Below are positions 10,341-22,689 of a stretch of DNA of 36,252 bases, piece after piece. The stretch is from Octopus bimaculoides (Eukaryota), in contig NC_068996.1 of assembly GCF_001194135.2 (NCBI RefSeq), positions 5,343,887 through 5,380,138 on the forward strand, read 5' to 3'. Below the pieces are notes generated by a model. The model saw only the letters and a program-made list of their open reading frames with translations, was not told where the DNA came from and made no database searches. A program made the position numbers and the translations under genes. Within the stretch, counting starts at the first letter, position 1. Each line of letters opens with the position of its first letter.

Positions 10341-12201
10341 TTGCTGCGGTTGTTGTTGTTGTAGTTGTCGTTGTAGCTGTTGTTCTTGCTCTTGTTCTTG
10401 TTGTCGCTTACGATAAGCAGACATCTCTCTCACAGATTGCAGAAGAACTGGATTTTACCCACAATCAGTTGATCGAAACATCTTTTTCAATTTATTTTGC
10501 TAACAAAGTACTTTGAGTGCCCACACCATTTCCTTCACATGAGAAAAAAGTTCCTGCTAAGTTATTTTGTTTTTTAACTGTTTAAATTTTTGTAAATATA
10601 GTTCACTAGTGATTCAATACGTTCTGTTCTGGGAAAGATGGAAGATGTGCTATCAGCAAACGTGGCAGCGGTGAATGTGTCCTCAGGGAAAATATTGAAT
10701 GCAAATATTCAAACTAAAATGAAAACAAAATAAACTGTAAAAACGATGACAACTGAACAAGCAGAGGCAGTTACAGACACTGCTTTGTCAAATACAAATG
10801 GAAATCAGTATATCTTTTGCTTGCGTAGCGTAGCAAAGCGGTACTCTGACCAGGACTCAACCAGGGAAAAAAGTAAACCGTGTGGTAAGTGCGTCACAAA
10901 AGGTAGTGCGCTTTTGACAGAAAAATTCGTAAATGAAAAAAGAGAAGAAAAGGAAAGCACACATCAAAATGGTTTACTGTTTGTATTTCCAACATCAGGG
11001 AATGAGTTTCCATGTTATTAAGTTGGAAAAATTCCAGGTTGATATGTGGTACGCTGTGTTTTCCGTCGTTGTGAATACGGTGTACGATAAAGTATGAAGG
11101 TCGTAAAGGGTGAAAACAACATGATGCGACAGGTTGCACTCGTGTTTCGAATACTTCTCTACAGGCTAGGACCGCAATATAATTGAAAGCGAACACACAA
11201 GTTTTAGGCCATAAACTTAGGTAGAGAAGAATGAGTAAGTGAATTGTCGAGATAGCAATATCTCGACATGACTATATGAAAATGCAAGTTCTATTGACTC
11301 TACATGACCACATAGATATATGTTAGCTGTATCCCTTCGCGGAAGCAGAAATGAAGGCAAACAGGTTAGCGATGCAGAGTAGAACGTTTGTTACATATGT
11401 GGGAGTAAGATCCCCTTGAGAGCCTTGTGGCAGAGAAGGAAGAATAGTAAAAGAGGAAAAAAGGGTGGCGTATAGCAGCAGAGAGAGTAACGGCACCAGG
11501 CTACAGAAACTGCTCTTTCCAGGATATCAGTGGTTGCAGCTTCGAACATAAAAGAAGAAACTACCTAATCTTGAGTGGCAAAATCCAACGACTAGGTTGA
11601 GCATCAAGAAGCTGAACGGTGCCAACGGTAGTGGTGGGGGTGCGCTATAAACAATCGTGCTAAGCCATTGTCCTGCTTTAAGTACGAGAAAATATAGATT
11701 GGAAACAGTGGAGCAAACCACACGAATAACGAGTAACAACAAAAATGACTGTATTCATCTCAAGACGCGTAGGAAGACTGTATCTCTTGGCACTATATGA
11801 ATTTCCCGATTATTCGAATCAACACAAATTAGCTCAGTTGCTAAATAACCCAAAGCAAGAATGAACAGAATGCGAAGGAGAAAGCTGAACTCATCCCACA
11901 AAACAGAAACACAAATGATAGACTAACCGAAAACCACATCAATACTAGCAATAGTAAGCGTGCAATATTTCCCTGAAATATGGTAGATGTTAACCACTAT
12001 GCTCTACATCGTAAATAGCTTTAGACTCCTTCGGGATCGCTAGCTTCCCTTACAAGCATGGGAAGCAGTCAGAATCAAGGCATGTTCTGATCCTAGGTAG
12101 GTGGAGGCTTGTTACTCACAACATCGTACTGTCGAAGGCTCCCATAATTACTTGAAAGAAGTGTTCCAAACTCGTCCTCCATCTAACTATTGTCGGACAT
12201 G

Positions 12202-12626
12202 GTGCGACATGGTGATCTTATATCAAGATAAACAGCGCATGACCTCGCAGATGGGGCCCAGTTAGAATTTTCTTCAGGTCGAGTAGCCCATCCCGCTCAA
12301 AAGGTCCCTGTATAAGGGTTGTTTAAGGATGTTGAATGAAACACCCATGCTTCCAAAAGGTGAATTATCCAAACTGCAAAGAATTCTTCTCAACACATGG
12401 CTATGATGCTCCCCGACTACTTCTGCTCGTGATCAGAGATGCACATATCATCAGTCACCAAGGGACATGCTCAACTGGTTAAGGTCAAACAACTGACAAG
12501 CAAATCTGTGGTATTAAGCAGAATATTTGCTGTAGCCCATCTTTTATACCAAGACAAAACAATGTACATGATAACACTTCCAATCAGTTAAGATAAGAAG
12601 CCATGAAAACCACTGTCTGGTACTGC

Positions 12627-12698
<72 letters not shown>
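12202..12698 (+). mobile_element. ATT-tailed interspersed retroposon fragment, copy 2
   Basis: Collinear with 9537-9970; (ATT)n tail 12628-12698. Confidence 0.8.
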
Positions 12699-12699
<1 letters not shown>

Positions 12700-12792
12700 T
12701 TATGACTATGAAGCTCGCAGTGCCTAGGGTGGCAGCCTTTATATACATACATACATATGTGTGTGTGTGTGTGTGTGTATGTGTGTGTGTGT

Positions 12793-12828
<36 letters not shown>

Positions 12829-13024
12829 ATAACACAAATTATTACCATCTAATAGAAATATCTACCGCATAACACGGAAGCGTGTAAGTTGGCCCAGTAA
12901 GTCATCACAAGTCAGAACAACACAGGCGCACATATATTAAATAATAAAGTTACTACATTTGTTATACACAGTATTATCAACTGAGTTTCATAATAGCTCA
13001 TTCATCTTACCGAACGGTTTCTTA

Positions 13025-13115
13025 ACCGAATGTTTGAAAAGCTTCACTTTGCAACCATATGATTCTAGGTTCGATTTCACTGCATGTTGGTCGAGAGTAC
13101 TTTATTGTCTATAGT
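13025..13115 (+). mobile_element. Degenerate family B SINE head
   Basis: CAACCATATGATTCTAGGTTCGATTTCACTGC resembles the B-box region CAACCACATGGTTCCGGGTTCAGTCCCACTGC. Confidence 0.45.
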
Positions 13116-13869
13116 TTCTACTTGTAATTGAAGCAGTGTAGAATATCATCGGATTTAACGAACCTGTTATTCAAATGTCCAGCCTTATAGCATATGCCTT
13201 TTATAGTATAGATTATACCATGTTGATTCTTATAATAAAGGTACACTTGCCCGTGGAATACTGTCACACCATTATTCAATGAGACTAGTTGATCAAACGA
13301 GTCCACGATTTATCCTCCCATGGGTCAGTTAACACACGATGACTTGGTCGATCGGCTGATTGGCTGGTTGCCAACTTGTTTCTGTGGCTCAGGCAGTTTC
13401 TTTTAAGCTGCAACCGTTTTCTTTATATTTTATTGGTCATCAGGGAAAAGTCGCCGTTAAAGTTAAACATTGCCATATCCTAACCACTTTCATACTAACA
13501 ACTGCTGTCTGACCCCTGATTTATGATTGCATTGTGTCGTTAAAGAAGTTATGTAGCTTTCGCTGCTGTCTAGCTAAGTTGGTAGGTAGGTAGGAAAGAA
13601 TGTATGTTTGTAGGTGGGTATAGAAGTGCGACACAATGATTTATGGAATAGGAATGCTGTATGATTAGTAACTGCTTCGTTAGTCTGAATTATTACGTTT
13701 AATTCCTCCTCTGGATCCCAAGAGGATAACTGAAAATCACTCGAGCGTATTCTAGTCAAAAATATTTTGAAATTAGTACCAGGGTCACCAAGTAATCAAA
13801 ATCCCACGAGAATTTTTTTAGTGAAAAAATTAAGCAACAATAATTCCAGTGAGAGAAACATCATGAGCA

Positions 13870-14055
13870 GAACAGCAACAACATCATCATCGGTGTGAAC
13901 TCCTACTCAGTCGCAGGATCCGCTAGAAATAGTAACCAAATTCCCTCAAATGATACCCATTACTATATTAAAGGAATAATGTTTGACAATGTAATCTTAG
14001 TTAACCATAGAAAGAAGCCTCGAATGTCTTTATCGACCAAGGCTGACCTGACTAT
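13870..14055 (+). mobile_element. Unclassified interspersed repeat
   Basis: Resembles a repeat family I recall from octopus (GCTAGAAATA..CCAAATTCCCTCAAAT..GGCTGACCTG); shares GCTAGAAATA with the foldback arm at 9314. Confidence 0.35.
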
Positions 14056-14289
14056 AGAAAAAAAAAGGTGACCTCATCATCACCATCGCCATCTATAATG
14101 CATTTTGTTCCAGTAGATAACCACTACAGAACTGGGACGAAAACCTTTTTAAGTTTGGCACTTCCTTTGATTATTAGTCCACTCGCAAAACGATAATTTA
14201 CTTTAAGTTGGAGTTTGAACCAAGAACGCATAGAGCCGAAATAAACATCACATTCTGTACGATTTTCTAAGAATACCACCTATCAACCA

Positions 14290-14385
14290 TCGGACTGGTT
14301 CTTTTAGGACAAGGTTGGCCTCTGCGGAATTTGAACTCAGAGAGACGGAAACGTTCTAATGGCTCAACCATTTCGCTGCAGCGTA
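14290..14385 (-). mobile_element. Family A SINE fragment
   Basis: GGTTGGCCTCTGCGGAATTTGAACTCAGA is the reverse complement of the family A B-box region TCTGAGTTCAAATTCCG. Confidence 0.55.
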
Positions 14386-15314
14386 CTTAATTTAGCATCG
14401 TAAATACAAAAGGACCCACAAATGGCATTATAATAAAGGAAATTCCAATGTCATTTCTTGCTGTACAAATACATACATACGCGTATATATTTACTGCAAT
14501 AACTATTCGACGGCAGAATAAAGTTTGTTTTAATAAAGATTTCTAAAAACTAATGTTTTTCATAACATTGACAAGATGTGGCGAAATATATTTCTTGCAA
14601 GTAGATAAATCACCAAAGCATATTGATAAAAGCGACGGCAAATCTTGGCTACAACGACGAATGATAAAGATTTTGCGAAATTATTTAAAGCTGATCCTAG
14701 TACAGCAATCTATGGTGTATTAACTGACCTTTCCTGCAATGGTTTGAGAATGTAATGCGATTTCAAAAAGGTTAAAACTATGCCGTTGTAATAAAGAATC
14801 TGTTAAAAAAAAAAAAGTGAATTTATCAATTTAGTCAGGTAGCGAAAATAAGCCTTCTGGAAAGTAAAATCTTTTTTAAGTAAAACATTTTCTCAGACAA
14901 TCGATAAAAGATTTTGTCAAAACCTTGCATGAAATATTTTTGTGAAAATAAGTTGCTTTTTGAAAAAGGAGAAAAGGAACGTATATAAAAAATGTTTCCG
15001 TCAGGGGCATGATCGTATATTTATCAATTATTGACAACAGGGAAGCACTGAAGGAATCTGATTTTATGAACGACAAAGTGTTTTTTATCATTCACACATC
15101 TTCGCATTGAAGAAATATCCCTCAGTTCCAGCCATTTATAATGTAGAAATATCTTAGAGTTACCAATCAAAGGTGACGGGTTACGCTCAACAATACCAGG
15201 AACAAAGCATTACTGATGAATTTACATAAGTGGGAGACAAGAAACTATTATGATTACTAAAACATGATAAAAGAAATCAAGTGATGAACTATTTTCTTAG
15301 TGAAGTGAGAAAAG

Positions 15315-15346
<32 letters not shown>

Positions 15347-15744
15347 NNNNNNNNNNNNNNNNNNNNNNNNNNNNNNNNNNNNNNNNNNNNNNNNNNNNNN
15401 NNNNNNNNNNNNNNNNNNNNNNNNNNNNNNNNNNNNNNNNNNNNNNNNNNNNNNNNNNNNNNNNNNNNNNNNNNNNNNNNNNNNNNNNNNNNNNNNNNNN
15501 NNNNNNNNNNNNNNNNNNNNNNNNNNNNNNNNNNNNNNNNNNNNNNNNNNNNNNNNNNNNNNNNNNNNNNNNNNNNNNNNNNNNNNNNNNNNNNNNNNNN
15601 NNNNNNNNNNNNNNNNNNNNNNNNNNNNNNNNNNNNNNNNNNNNNNNNNNNNNNNNNNNNNNNNNNNNNNNNNNNNNNNNNNNNNNNNNNNNNNNNNNNN
15701 NNNNNNNNNNNNNNNNNNNNNNNNNNNNNNNNNNNNNNNNNNNN

Positions 15745-15798
<54 letters not shown>

Positions 15799-15889
15799 GA
15801 GAGAGAGTTCATAGATAGTTTAATAAATTGGTTTGCCTTGAGGTGTAAAAGTATGTAATGCTGTAGACATTTACTCTTCTTCAAAAGAG

Positions 15890-16105
15890 AGAGAGAGAGG
15901 ACAGAAGGAGAGAAAGAGAGGACAGAAGGAGAGGGAGAGAGGACAGAAGGATAGAAAGAGAAGACAGAAGGAGAGAGAGAGAGGACAGAAGAAGAAAGAA
16001 AGGACAGAAGGAGATAGAGAGGACAGAAGGAGAGAGAGGACAGAAGGAGAGAGGACAGAAGGAGAGAGAGGAGAGCAGGAGAGAGAGGACAGAAGGTGAG
16101 AGAGA
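15890..16105. repeat. Purine-rich minisatellite built on GAGAGGACAGAAGGA
   Basis: Repeated GGACAGAAGG cores with variable (GA)n spacers. Confidence 0.9.
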
Positions 16106-16312
16106 GGGAATATAGACGTGTTGCCGCCTGGGTCACAATGTAATGGACGAGTAAATGGTAAAAGAAGATTTGGAGGGATTAATGTGTGGGAAGGGAGACG
16201 GGAAGAAGTGGTTTCATGAGAAGTGTGAGTGCTGTGGAATATGAGAAAGAATCTGAGTGAAAAGTAGGGGTCAAAGTTAGCTAAAACAAGTTAGAGAGTC
16301 AGGTTACTCGTT

Positions 16313-16354
16313 TGTAGTAAGACTCATGTAGTAAGACTCGTGTAGTAAGATTCA
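16313..16354. repeat. 14-bp tandem repeat TGTAGTAAGAYTCR x3
   Basis: TGTAGTAAGACTCA / TGTAGTAAGACTCG / TGTAGTAAGATTCA. Confidence 0.9.
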
Positions 16355-16759
16355 CGCACACAAAGCAGATGTTCGAAAGCAAGAGGAAAGTGAATGTGCT
16401 AGCAGAAAATTAAAATCCGCAAAAAATGGCCGGGATTAAAAAAATCGAGTGGCTCTAAAGAATGTAAAAAATCAGGAGACTGTAAGGAATGTAAGGAATT
16501 AAAGATCCAGAATCTGTAAGGAAGTGGTCGGGGGTAAGCTTTCAGATGAACGACATATTGGAAGTTGATGGGAAGAACTTAGACAACATATTTTAGAATT
16601 AATGACTGCATAATATAGTGCTGACGTTGAGAAAAGAAAAACAGAAACCCTATTCCCATGCCCCAAACTAGCAAATGCGGACGACACGCAACTCTTTTGC
16701 ATTTCATTGATATTTGAAAAAAATAATTCAATAATCATTTTGTGGTTCTTATATTTCAG

Positions 16760-16813
16760 ATACCAATATGAGCTATGTCCTAATGCCCAAAATATTGCTT
16801 TTCGTATCTTAAG
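16760..16813 (+). other. Candidate 54-nt phase-2 symmetric coding exon (YQYELCPNAQNIAFRIL)
   Basis: Pyrimidine-rich acceptor TTTTGTGGTTCTTATATTTCAG, donor AAG|GTATAT, one open frame; protein not recognised. Confidence 0.3.
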
Positions 16814-17364
16814 GTATATAACTTTCTGGTAAATGTTTTCTTGTGTAATAAGTAATATGATCTTAATATAATTAAGATCCTTAATTCTGATGCTTGATTA
16901 AGGGTTTCGACAACATTCAAACTTTTACACAGAAAAGTTCACTCTAAGTGAAAAAGGGGTAACACTGTGCGGTAAATAATTTCTAGGACTCCATCTCATT
17001 CTTCAGAGTTTCGAGTAAATGACCTTCTACCATAGTCTTAAATTAATCACAGCGTGTCAGGGAATTTGACAATGGAAACTGTGATCCTCACTTAGAGGAT
17101 TGTTTCTGGTCGTACATTAAACAGCATCACTTAGATTAACACCGCAACAATATCACTGTAGAAAGTATTCAAAAGAGATTACAAAATATGCGGGAATATT
17201 ACATGTGTATATATATGTGAGTGTACGTGTGTGCATATATGTATATATGTATGTGCGTGTGTGTATGAGTGTTATCTATGTATATATATATATTTATATG
17301 TGTATGTATATATGTATATATATATATATACATACTTATATATATATATATATTTTTTTTTAAT

Positions 17365-17548
17365 CTTTTATTCTTTTAGTTGTTTCAGTTATTTGACTGC
17401 GGCCAGGACTTATTCTCGTAAGCCTAGTACTTAATTTATCGGTATCTTTTGCCGAACCGGTAAGTTACGGGGACATAAACACACCAGCATCGGTTGTCAA
17501 GCAATGGTCGGAGGACAAACACAAACAAACATACACACAAACACACAC

Positions 17549-17579
<31 letters not shown>

Positions 17580-17770
17580 NNNNNNNNNNNNNNNNNNNTA
17601 TATATACGACGGGCTTCTTTCAGTTTCCGTCTACCAAATCCACTCACAAGGCTTTGGTTGGCCCGAGGCTATAGTAGAAGACATTTGCCCAAAGTGCCAC
17701 GCAGTGGGACTGAACCCCGAACCATGTGGTTGGTAAGCAAGCTACTTGCCACACACCCACTCCTACGCCT
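17365..17770 (-). mobile_element. tRNA-derived SINE, family B, with internal microsatellite and small N-gap
   Basis: Minus-strand head has an A-box-like TGTGTGGCAAG and B box GGTTCAGTCCC; collinear with 5833-6350 and 22330-22496. Confidence 0.9.
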
Positions 17771-17779
17771 ATATATATA

Positions 17780-18930
17780 TTAGGTTGGCAACTAAGTTCC
17801 CGCCGTTTTTTTTTTAATTTAAATTTTTTAAAAGGTTTAATAAAAAATAACAACGAATTAATCAATAATATATTGTTGTTTACAACTTCCCATCGTTGAA
17901 CAAGATTTTCAATACCTCGTTGGTAGAAATCACCCAACTTTGACTCGAAAAATTGATCCAACCAAGCTCTCAATTCTGCGTCAGTATTGATCGAAACTCC
18001 GCGCATAGCATTTGAAAGAGATCGAAAGAGGTGGAAATCCGTTGGTGCCAAATCAGGAGAGTACGTCGGGTGTGGCAGCACTTCCCACCCATGCGTTTCA
18101 ATGGCTTCCTTGGTCATTTTGGCGATATGAGGGTAGGCGCAGTCGTGCAGCAGAACTCCATGCTGCCGATTAGGTCTTTTCTCTTGAATAGCCGTGTTGA
18201 GTCGTTCCATCTGTTGAACATAGAGTTCCACGTGGTTCCGTTCAAGCAATTCGTAATGGATAATCCCTTCCCAATCCCATCATACGCACAGCATCGTTTT
18301 ACGCGGATGAAGATCTTGTTTCATTCGCGGTTTCGCTTGTTTACCGGGGCTAAGCCATTCCTTACGCTGCTTCATATTGATGTACAGGCACCATTTTTGT
18401 CGCCAGTAACGATTCGGTAAAGAAATCGTTGCTTGTGTCCACGAGTTGAGCGGTGACGAGCAAACCAGCGGAGATTGTGGCTCGTTGATTTTTGTTGTTG
18501 TCACTTAAAGCATGCGGAACCCATGCTCCATACTTCTGAACCTTTCCCATCGAGAGAAGTAGTGTGGGAGAATTTCATTTTCTCTGCCAGTTCCCTTCTC
18601 GTTTGACCAGAATTTTCGTGCAAAAGTTGGTTTAATCGCTCTTCATCGAACTCAACTTAACAGCCAGAACGAGGTGCGTCTTTGAGGTCAAAATTTCCAT
18701 TTTTAAACTTTGCATACCAATCACGAGCGGTTCTTTCAGCTATGTCACCCTCTCCATACACAGCACAAATGTCACGAGCAACTTTTGCGGCTTTAGAACC
18801 GTGATTAAAAGCAAAAAGGAGGTGTCAAAAACGCTCATTTTTCTTAACTTGACATTCCATTTTAATGATCTGAAAATAAACAAAAATTAACTAAAATTAA
18901 CTTGAAAAACAAAATAGATTCCAAAATTAT
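17780..18930 (-). mobile_element. Mariner (Tc1/mariner D,D34D) transposon, decayed; one TIR retained
   Basis: Minus-strand transposase from ATG 18860 (MECQVKKNE..) with WVPHAL, IVTGD, HDC and YSPDLAPTD (34 residues between the 2nd and 3rd D); stops and frameshifts present; TIR TTAGGTTGGCAACTAAGTTCCCGCCG at 17780 next to TA repeats. Confidence 0.93.
17865..18860 (-). pseudogene. Mariner transposase pseudogene
   Basis: Pieced from ORFs 18362-18550, 18280-18504 and 17644-18249 plus the N-terminal HTH region; several disruptions. Confidence 0.9.
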
Positions 18931-19686
18931 GTGCGTGTGTGTGTGTGTATAAATATAGATGTAATGTATGTGAGTGTGCGTATTGAAAAGGCACCACAGA
19001 GAAGACGAAGAATTGCTATAGATAGAACGAAAACACAGAACAAACAAATGCACGTTCATTCTTTTTATCAATTGCTGACTGACTGGGTATTACTACAATT
19101 TTGCCCCTTCCCGACAAAATGCCTGGAAGTTTCTTTCTTGCTTTGTGAAATGTCTCGTAAGCTTTATACGTAGTGTGTTGTGTTAACGTTTTTGCTTTGT
19201 TTAGCTTTTTATTTTGTATTTTTTTTTTAAATGACAATCTATAATTCTTGCGTTCGATGAAATCGTCGTCCATCTTCTCCACAATCAACACAGCATTTCT
19301 CTCATTCTCTTTTCAAGACATTCGATTCTTCCATCAGATTCTCGTTGCTTGTCAATTGTGATATCCAGGTTCTTATTGTCTCAGGTGACTTAGTTACTTT
19401 TGGTGAGGACTCATATTTATTGTCCTTTCTTTTTCTTGCTACCCTTCACAGTTTCTCCCAATTATCCAATTTTCATCTCCATCCGCATCATCACAAGACG
19501 ATGGGATAAATATACTGCTCGTTACAATTGGGCTGGTTTGTGTGTTGGAGAAAAGAAGAATCTAGTCGGTTTCTCGGTGTTCTTGGTGTCCTACCTCGTC
19601 TGCTGTATCAGTGCTGATACACTGAGGAGGAGGGGGATTTGGTTTTGTTTTTGCATCCATCCCAGCTATCCGGGAATATACAGTGA

Positions 19687-19916
19687 AAGAAGAAGAAGAA
19701 GAAGAAGAAGAAGAAGAAGAAGAAGAAGAAGAAGAAGAAGAAGAAGAAGAAGAAGAAGAAGAAGAAGAAGAAGAAGAAGAAGAAGAAGAANNNNNNNNNN
19801 NNNNNNNNNNNNNNNNNNNNNNNNNNNNNNNNNNNNNNNNNNNNNNNNNNNNNNNNNNNNNNNNNNNNNNNNNNNNNNNNNNNNNNNNNNNNNNNNNNNN
19901 NNNNNNNNNNNNNNNN

Positions 19917-19976
<60 letters not shown>

Positions 19977-20063
19977 ATCTATCATGACCACTCTCTCTCT
20001 ATTTCGTCCACTCTGCCTATATTGTCCACTCTCGCTTTAGTTCGAAGTCTCTTTCTTTCATTC

Positions 20064-20147
<84 letters not shown>

Positions 20148-20150
20148 CTA
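19687..20150. repeat. (AAG)n, N-gap (19791-19916), (TC)n and (TTTC)n arrays
   Basis: Direct observation. Confidence 0.95.
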
Positions 20151-20499
20151 CGCTGTATCTACCTATCAACCTCTATCTCGTACATTCTTTTTCGATCACT
20201 CCCTCTCTTAATTTCTCTCTCTCTATTTTACCCCCACCCCCACTCTCTCTCTTTTATTCACTCTTACATTTTCTCTCCTTCTCCTCCTTCTCTTTAGCTC
20301 TCTCTCCCTCCCCCTCTCTCTCTCTCCCTCACTTTTGATTGTTATTACGAAATTTCTAAGTGAGAGTAAAACAGGTCAATAACAGTCTAATTGGAAATTA
20401 ATTACAAACAGTTATTTTAATTACGGCAGTGGTGTCTGCAATGTGCGTGGGAGGGAGCGGATGACGAAAAATGAGCTGATATTGAAAACCAAGAAATGT

Positions 20500-20518
20500 G
20501 TAGAATATCATATATACA

Positions 20519-20554
<36 letters not shown>

Positions 20555-20804
20555 TTTATGAATGTGTGTATATATAATTGCATGTATACACACATACACA
20601 CACACACACATATATATATATATAAAAATATACGTGTGCATACATACATACATACATACATACATACATACATACATACATACATACATACATACATACA
20701 TACATACATACATACAGAACTTTAGTGTATATAATGGCTACTTTACACGTAATTTCTACACTGGCAATAAACACATTCTCTCTGTGCCTAACACCTTGTT
20801 CCTA

Positions 20805-20881
<77 letters not shown>

Positions 20882-21250
20882 AACTCTCTCTCTCTCTCCC
20901 TCTCTCTCTCTCTTTCTTTCTTTCTTTCTCATGCCAATTCACAACCACTGATTCTCAATCATATTTGCCCACTCTCTTACTTTCTATCTATCTCACATTT
21001 CTCTTCCAGCTTACTTCTCTCTCCAACAACTACGACTGTCTTTATCAAACATCTCTCACACTTCTCTCCAAATATTCTTTTTTTCCACTCAGCACCACCA
21101 TCCTCATTTGTTTTCCACTCAATCTATATCTTCTCCCCGTACATAATCTCTTTGTCTGTTTTCCTTTATTCGACAAATCATTTCTTTTCTTTCTTATTTC
21201 TTCACTTGTCCTTTCGTTTCTTTTTAAAAATTCTCTTTCATCTCCATTCC

Positions 21251-21322
<72 letters not shown>

Positions 21323-21352
21323 ATCTATCTATCTATCTGTGTATACATATAC

Positions 21353-21436
<84 letters not shown>

Positions 21437-21450
21437 ATGTATGTATGTAT
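20500..21450. repeat. Cluster of (TA)n, (TACA)n, (TC)n and (TG)n microsatellites with pyrimidine-rich spacers
   Basis: Direct observation. Confidence 0.9.
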
Positions 21451-21469
21451 ACGCACAAACAGCGCGAGT

Positions 21470-21600
21470 GAGATAAAGGAACGGACCTTATGACGAATAA
21501 AGGATGAAAGGCAATATTGGCCTAAGCGGTATTTGAACCCGAGGCGCAGAGAGTCGAAATCTATCCGACGGTTCAACGACTCTGCAAGTCTGCCTGCATA
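21470..21600 (-). mobile_element. Degenerate family A SINE
   Basis: AAAGGATGAAAGGCAA..GCGGTATTTGAACCC..AACGACTCTGCAAG is the reverse complement of the family A head and body. Confidence 0.6.
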
Positions 21601-22295
21601 CGACTATGCATGAACTGATATAACAGGCTCCTTGTGTATATGCGTGTGTATGTGTGAGTGTGTATGTGTGTATGTATGTGTGTGAACTTACATAATAGGC
21701 ACCTTACACACATATATATATATATATATANNNNNNNNNNNNNNNNNNNNNNNNNNNNNNNNNNNNNNNNNNNNNNNNNNNNNNNNNNNNNNNNNNNNNN
21801 NNNNNNNNNNNNNNNNNNNNNNNNNNNNNNNNNNNNNNNNNNNNNNNNNNNNNNNNNNNNNNNNNNNNNNNNNNNNNNNNNNNNNNNNNNNNNNNNNNNN
21901 NNNNNNNNNNNNNNNNNNNNNNNNNNNNNNNNNNNNNNNNNNNNNNNNNNNNNNNNNNNNNNNNNNNNNNNNNNNNNNNNNNNNNNNNNNNNNNNNNNNN
22001 NNNNNNNNNNNNNNNNNNNNNNNNNNNNNNNNNNNNNNNNNNNNNNNNNNNNNNNNNNNNNNNNNNNNNNNNNNNNNNNNNNNNNNNNNNNNNNNNNNNN
22101 NNNNNNNNNNNNNNNNNNNNNNNNNNNNNNNNNNNNNNNNNNNNNNNNNNNNNNNNNNNNNNNNNNNNNNNNNNNNNNNNNNNNNNNNNNNNNNNNNNNN
22201 NNNNNNNNNNNNNNNNNNNNNNNNNNNNNNNNNNNNNNNNNNNNNNNNNNNNNNNNNNNNNNNNNNNNNNNNNNNNNNNNNNNNNNNNNNNNNNN

Positions 22296-22329
<34 letters not shown>

Positions 22330-22330
<1 letters not shown>

Positions 22331-22496
22331 TACGATGGGCGTCTTTCAGTTTCTGTCTACCAAATCCACTCACAAGGCTTTCGTCGGCCCGAGGCTATAG
22401 TTGAAGGCACTTGCCCAAGGTGCCACGCAGTGGGACTGAACCCGGAATCATGTGGTTGGTAAGCAAGCTACTTACCATACAGCCACTCCCACGCCT
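22330..22496 (-). mobile_element. Family B SINE 5' half (remainder lost in N-gap 21731-22295)
   Basis: Near-identical to 17600-17770. Confidence 0.9.
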
Positions 22497-22689
22497 ATAT
22501 TTAATTATAAAAATATAAAAGGATTATTTTAAACGTCGAATGGATAAAAGATCCAGTAGATTAAAACCGAAATCAAAGGGGTCTATAGGGGGGGAGGGTT
22601 GATAAACCCTGAATTACATAGACAGAAGGAGGCAACCAATTAACAGAATTATTACAGCACATCGGTTAGATTGCTTTATTGGCAAGCAG

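Noticed and set aside
13118-13306. Minus-strand ORF containing FDQLVSLNNGVTVFHG, reminiscent of the ABCG transporter motif FDxLxLLxxGxxxFHG
   Set aside because: An in-frame TAA lies two codons upstream, no AG acceptor precedes the motif, and the expected SIHQP upstream context is absent in all frames; probably chance.
16313-16354. Short direct repeats (also 3242-3296 and 25361-25400) as possible CRISPR-like arrays
   Set aside because: Tandem units without unique spacers, no cas genes, eukaryotic context.
16769-16812. MSYVLMPKILLFVS as a signal-peptide start
   Set aside because: That frame ends in TAA immediately before the AAG|GT donor.
19270-19690. Minus-strand segment with coiled-coil-like (RIECLEKRMREML) and PHD-like (CDDADGDENWI) words, a possible LINE ORF1
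   Set aside because: The fragments are in different frames with several stops and the Cys/His pattern is incomplete; cannot be supported without a homology search.
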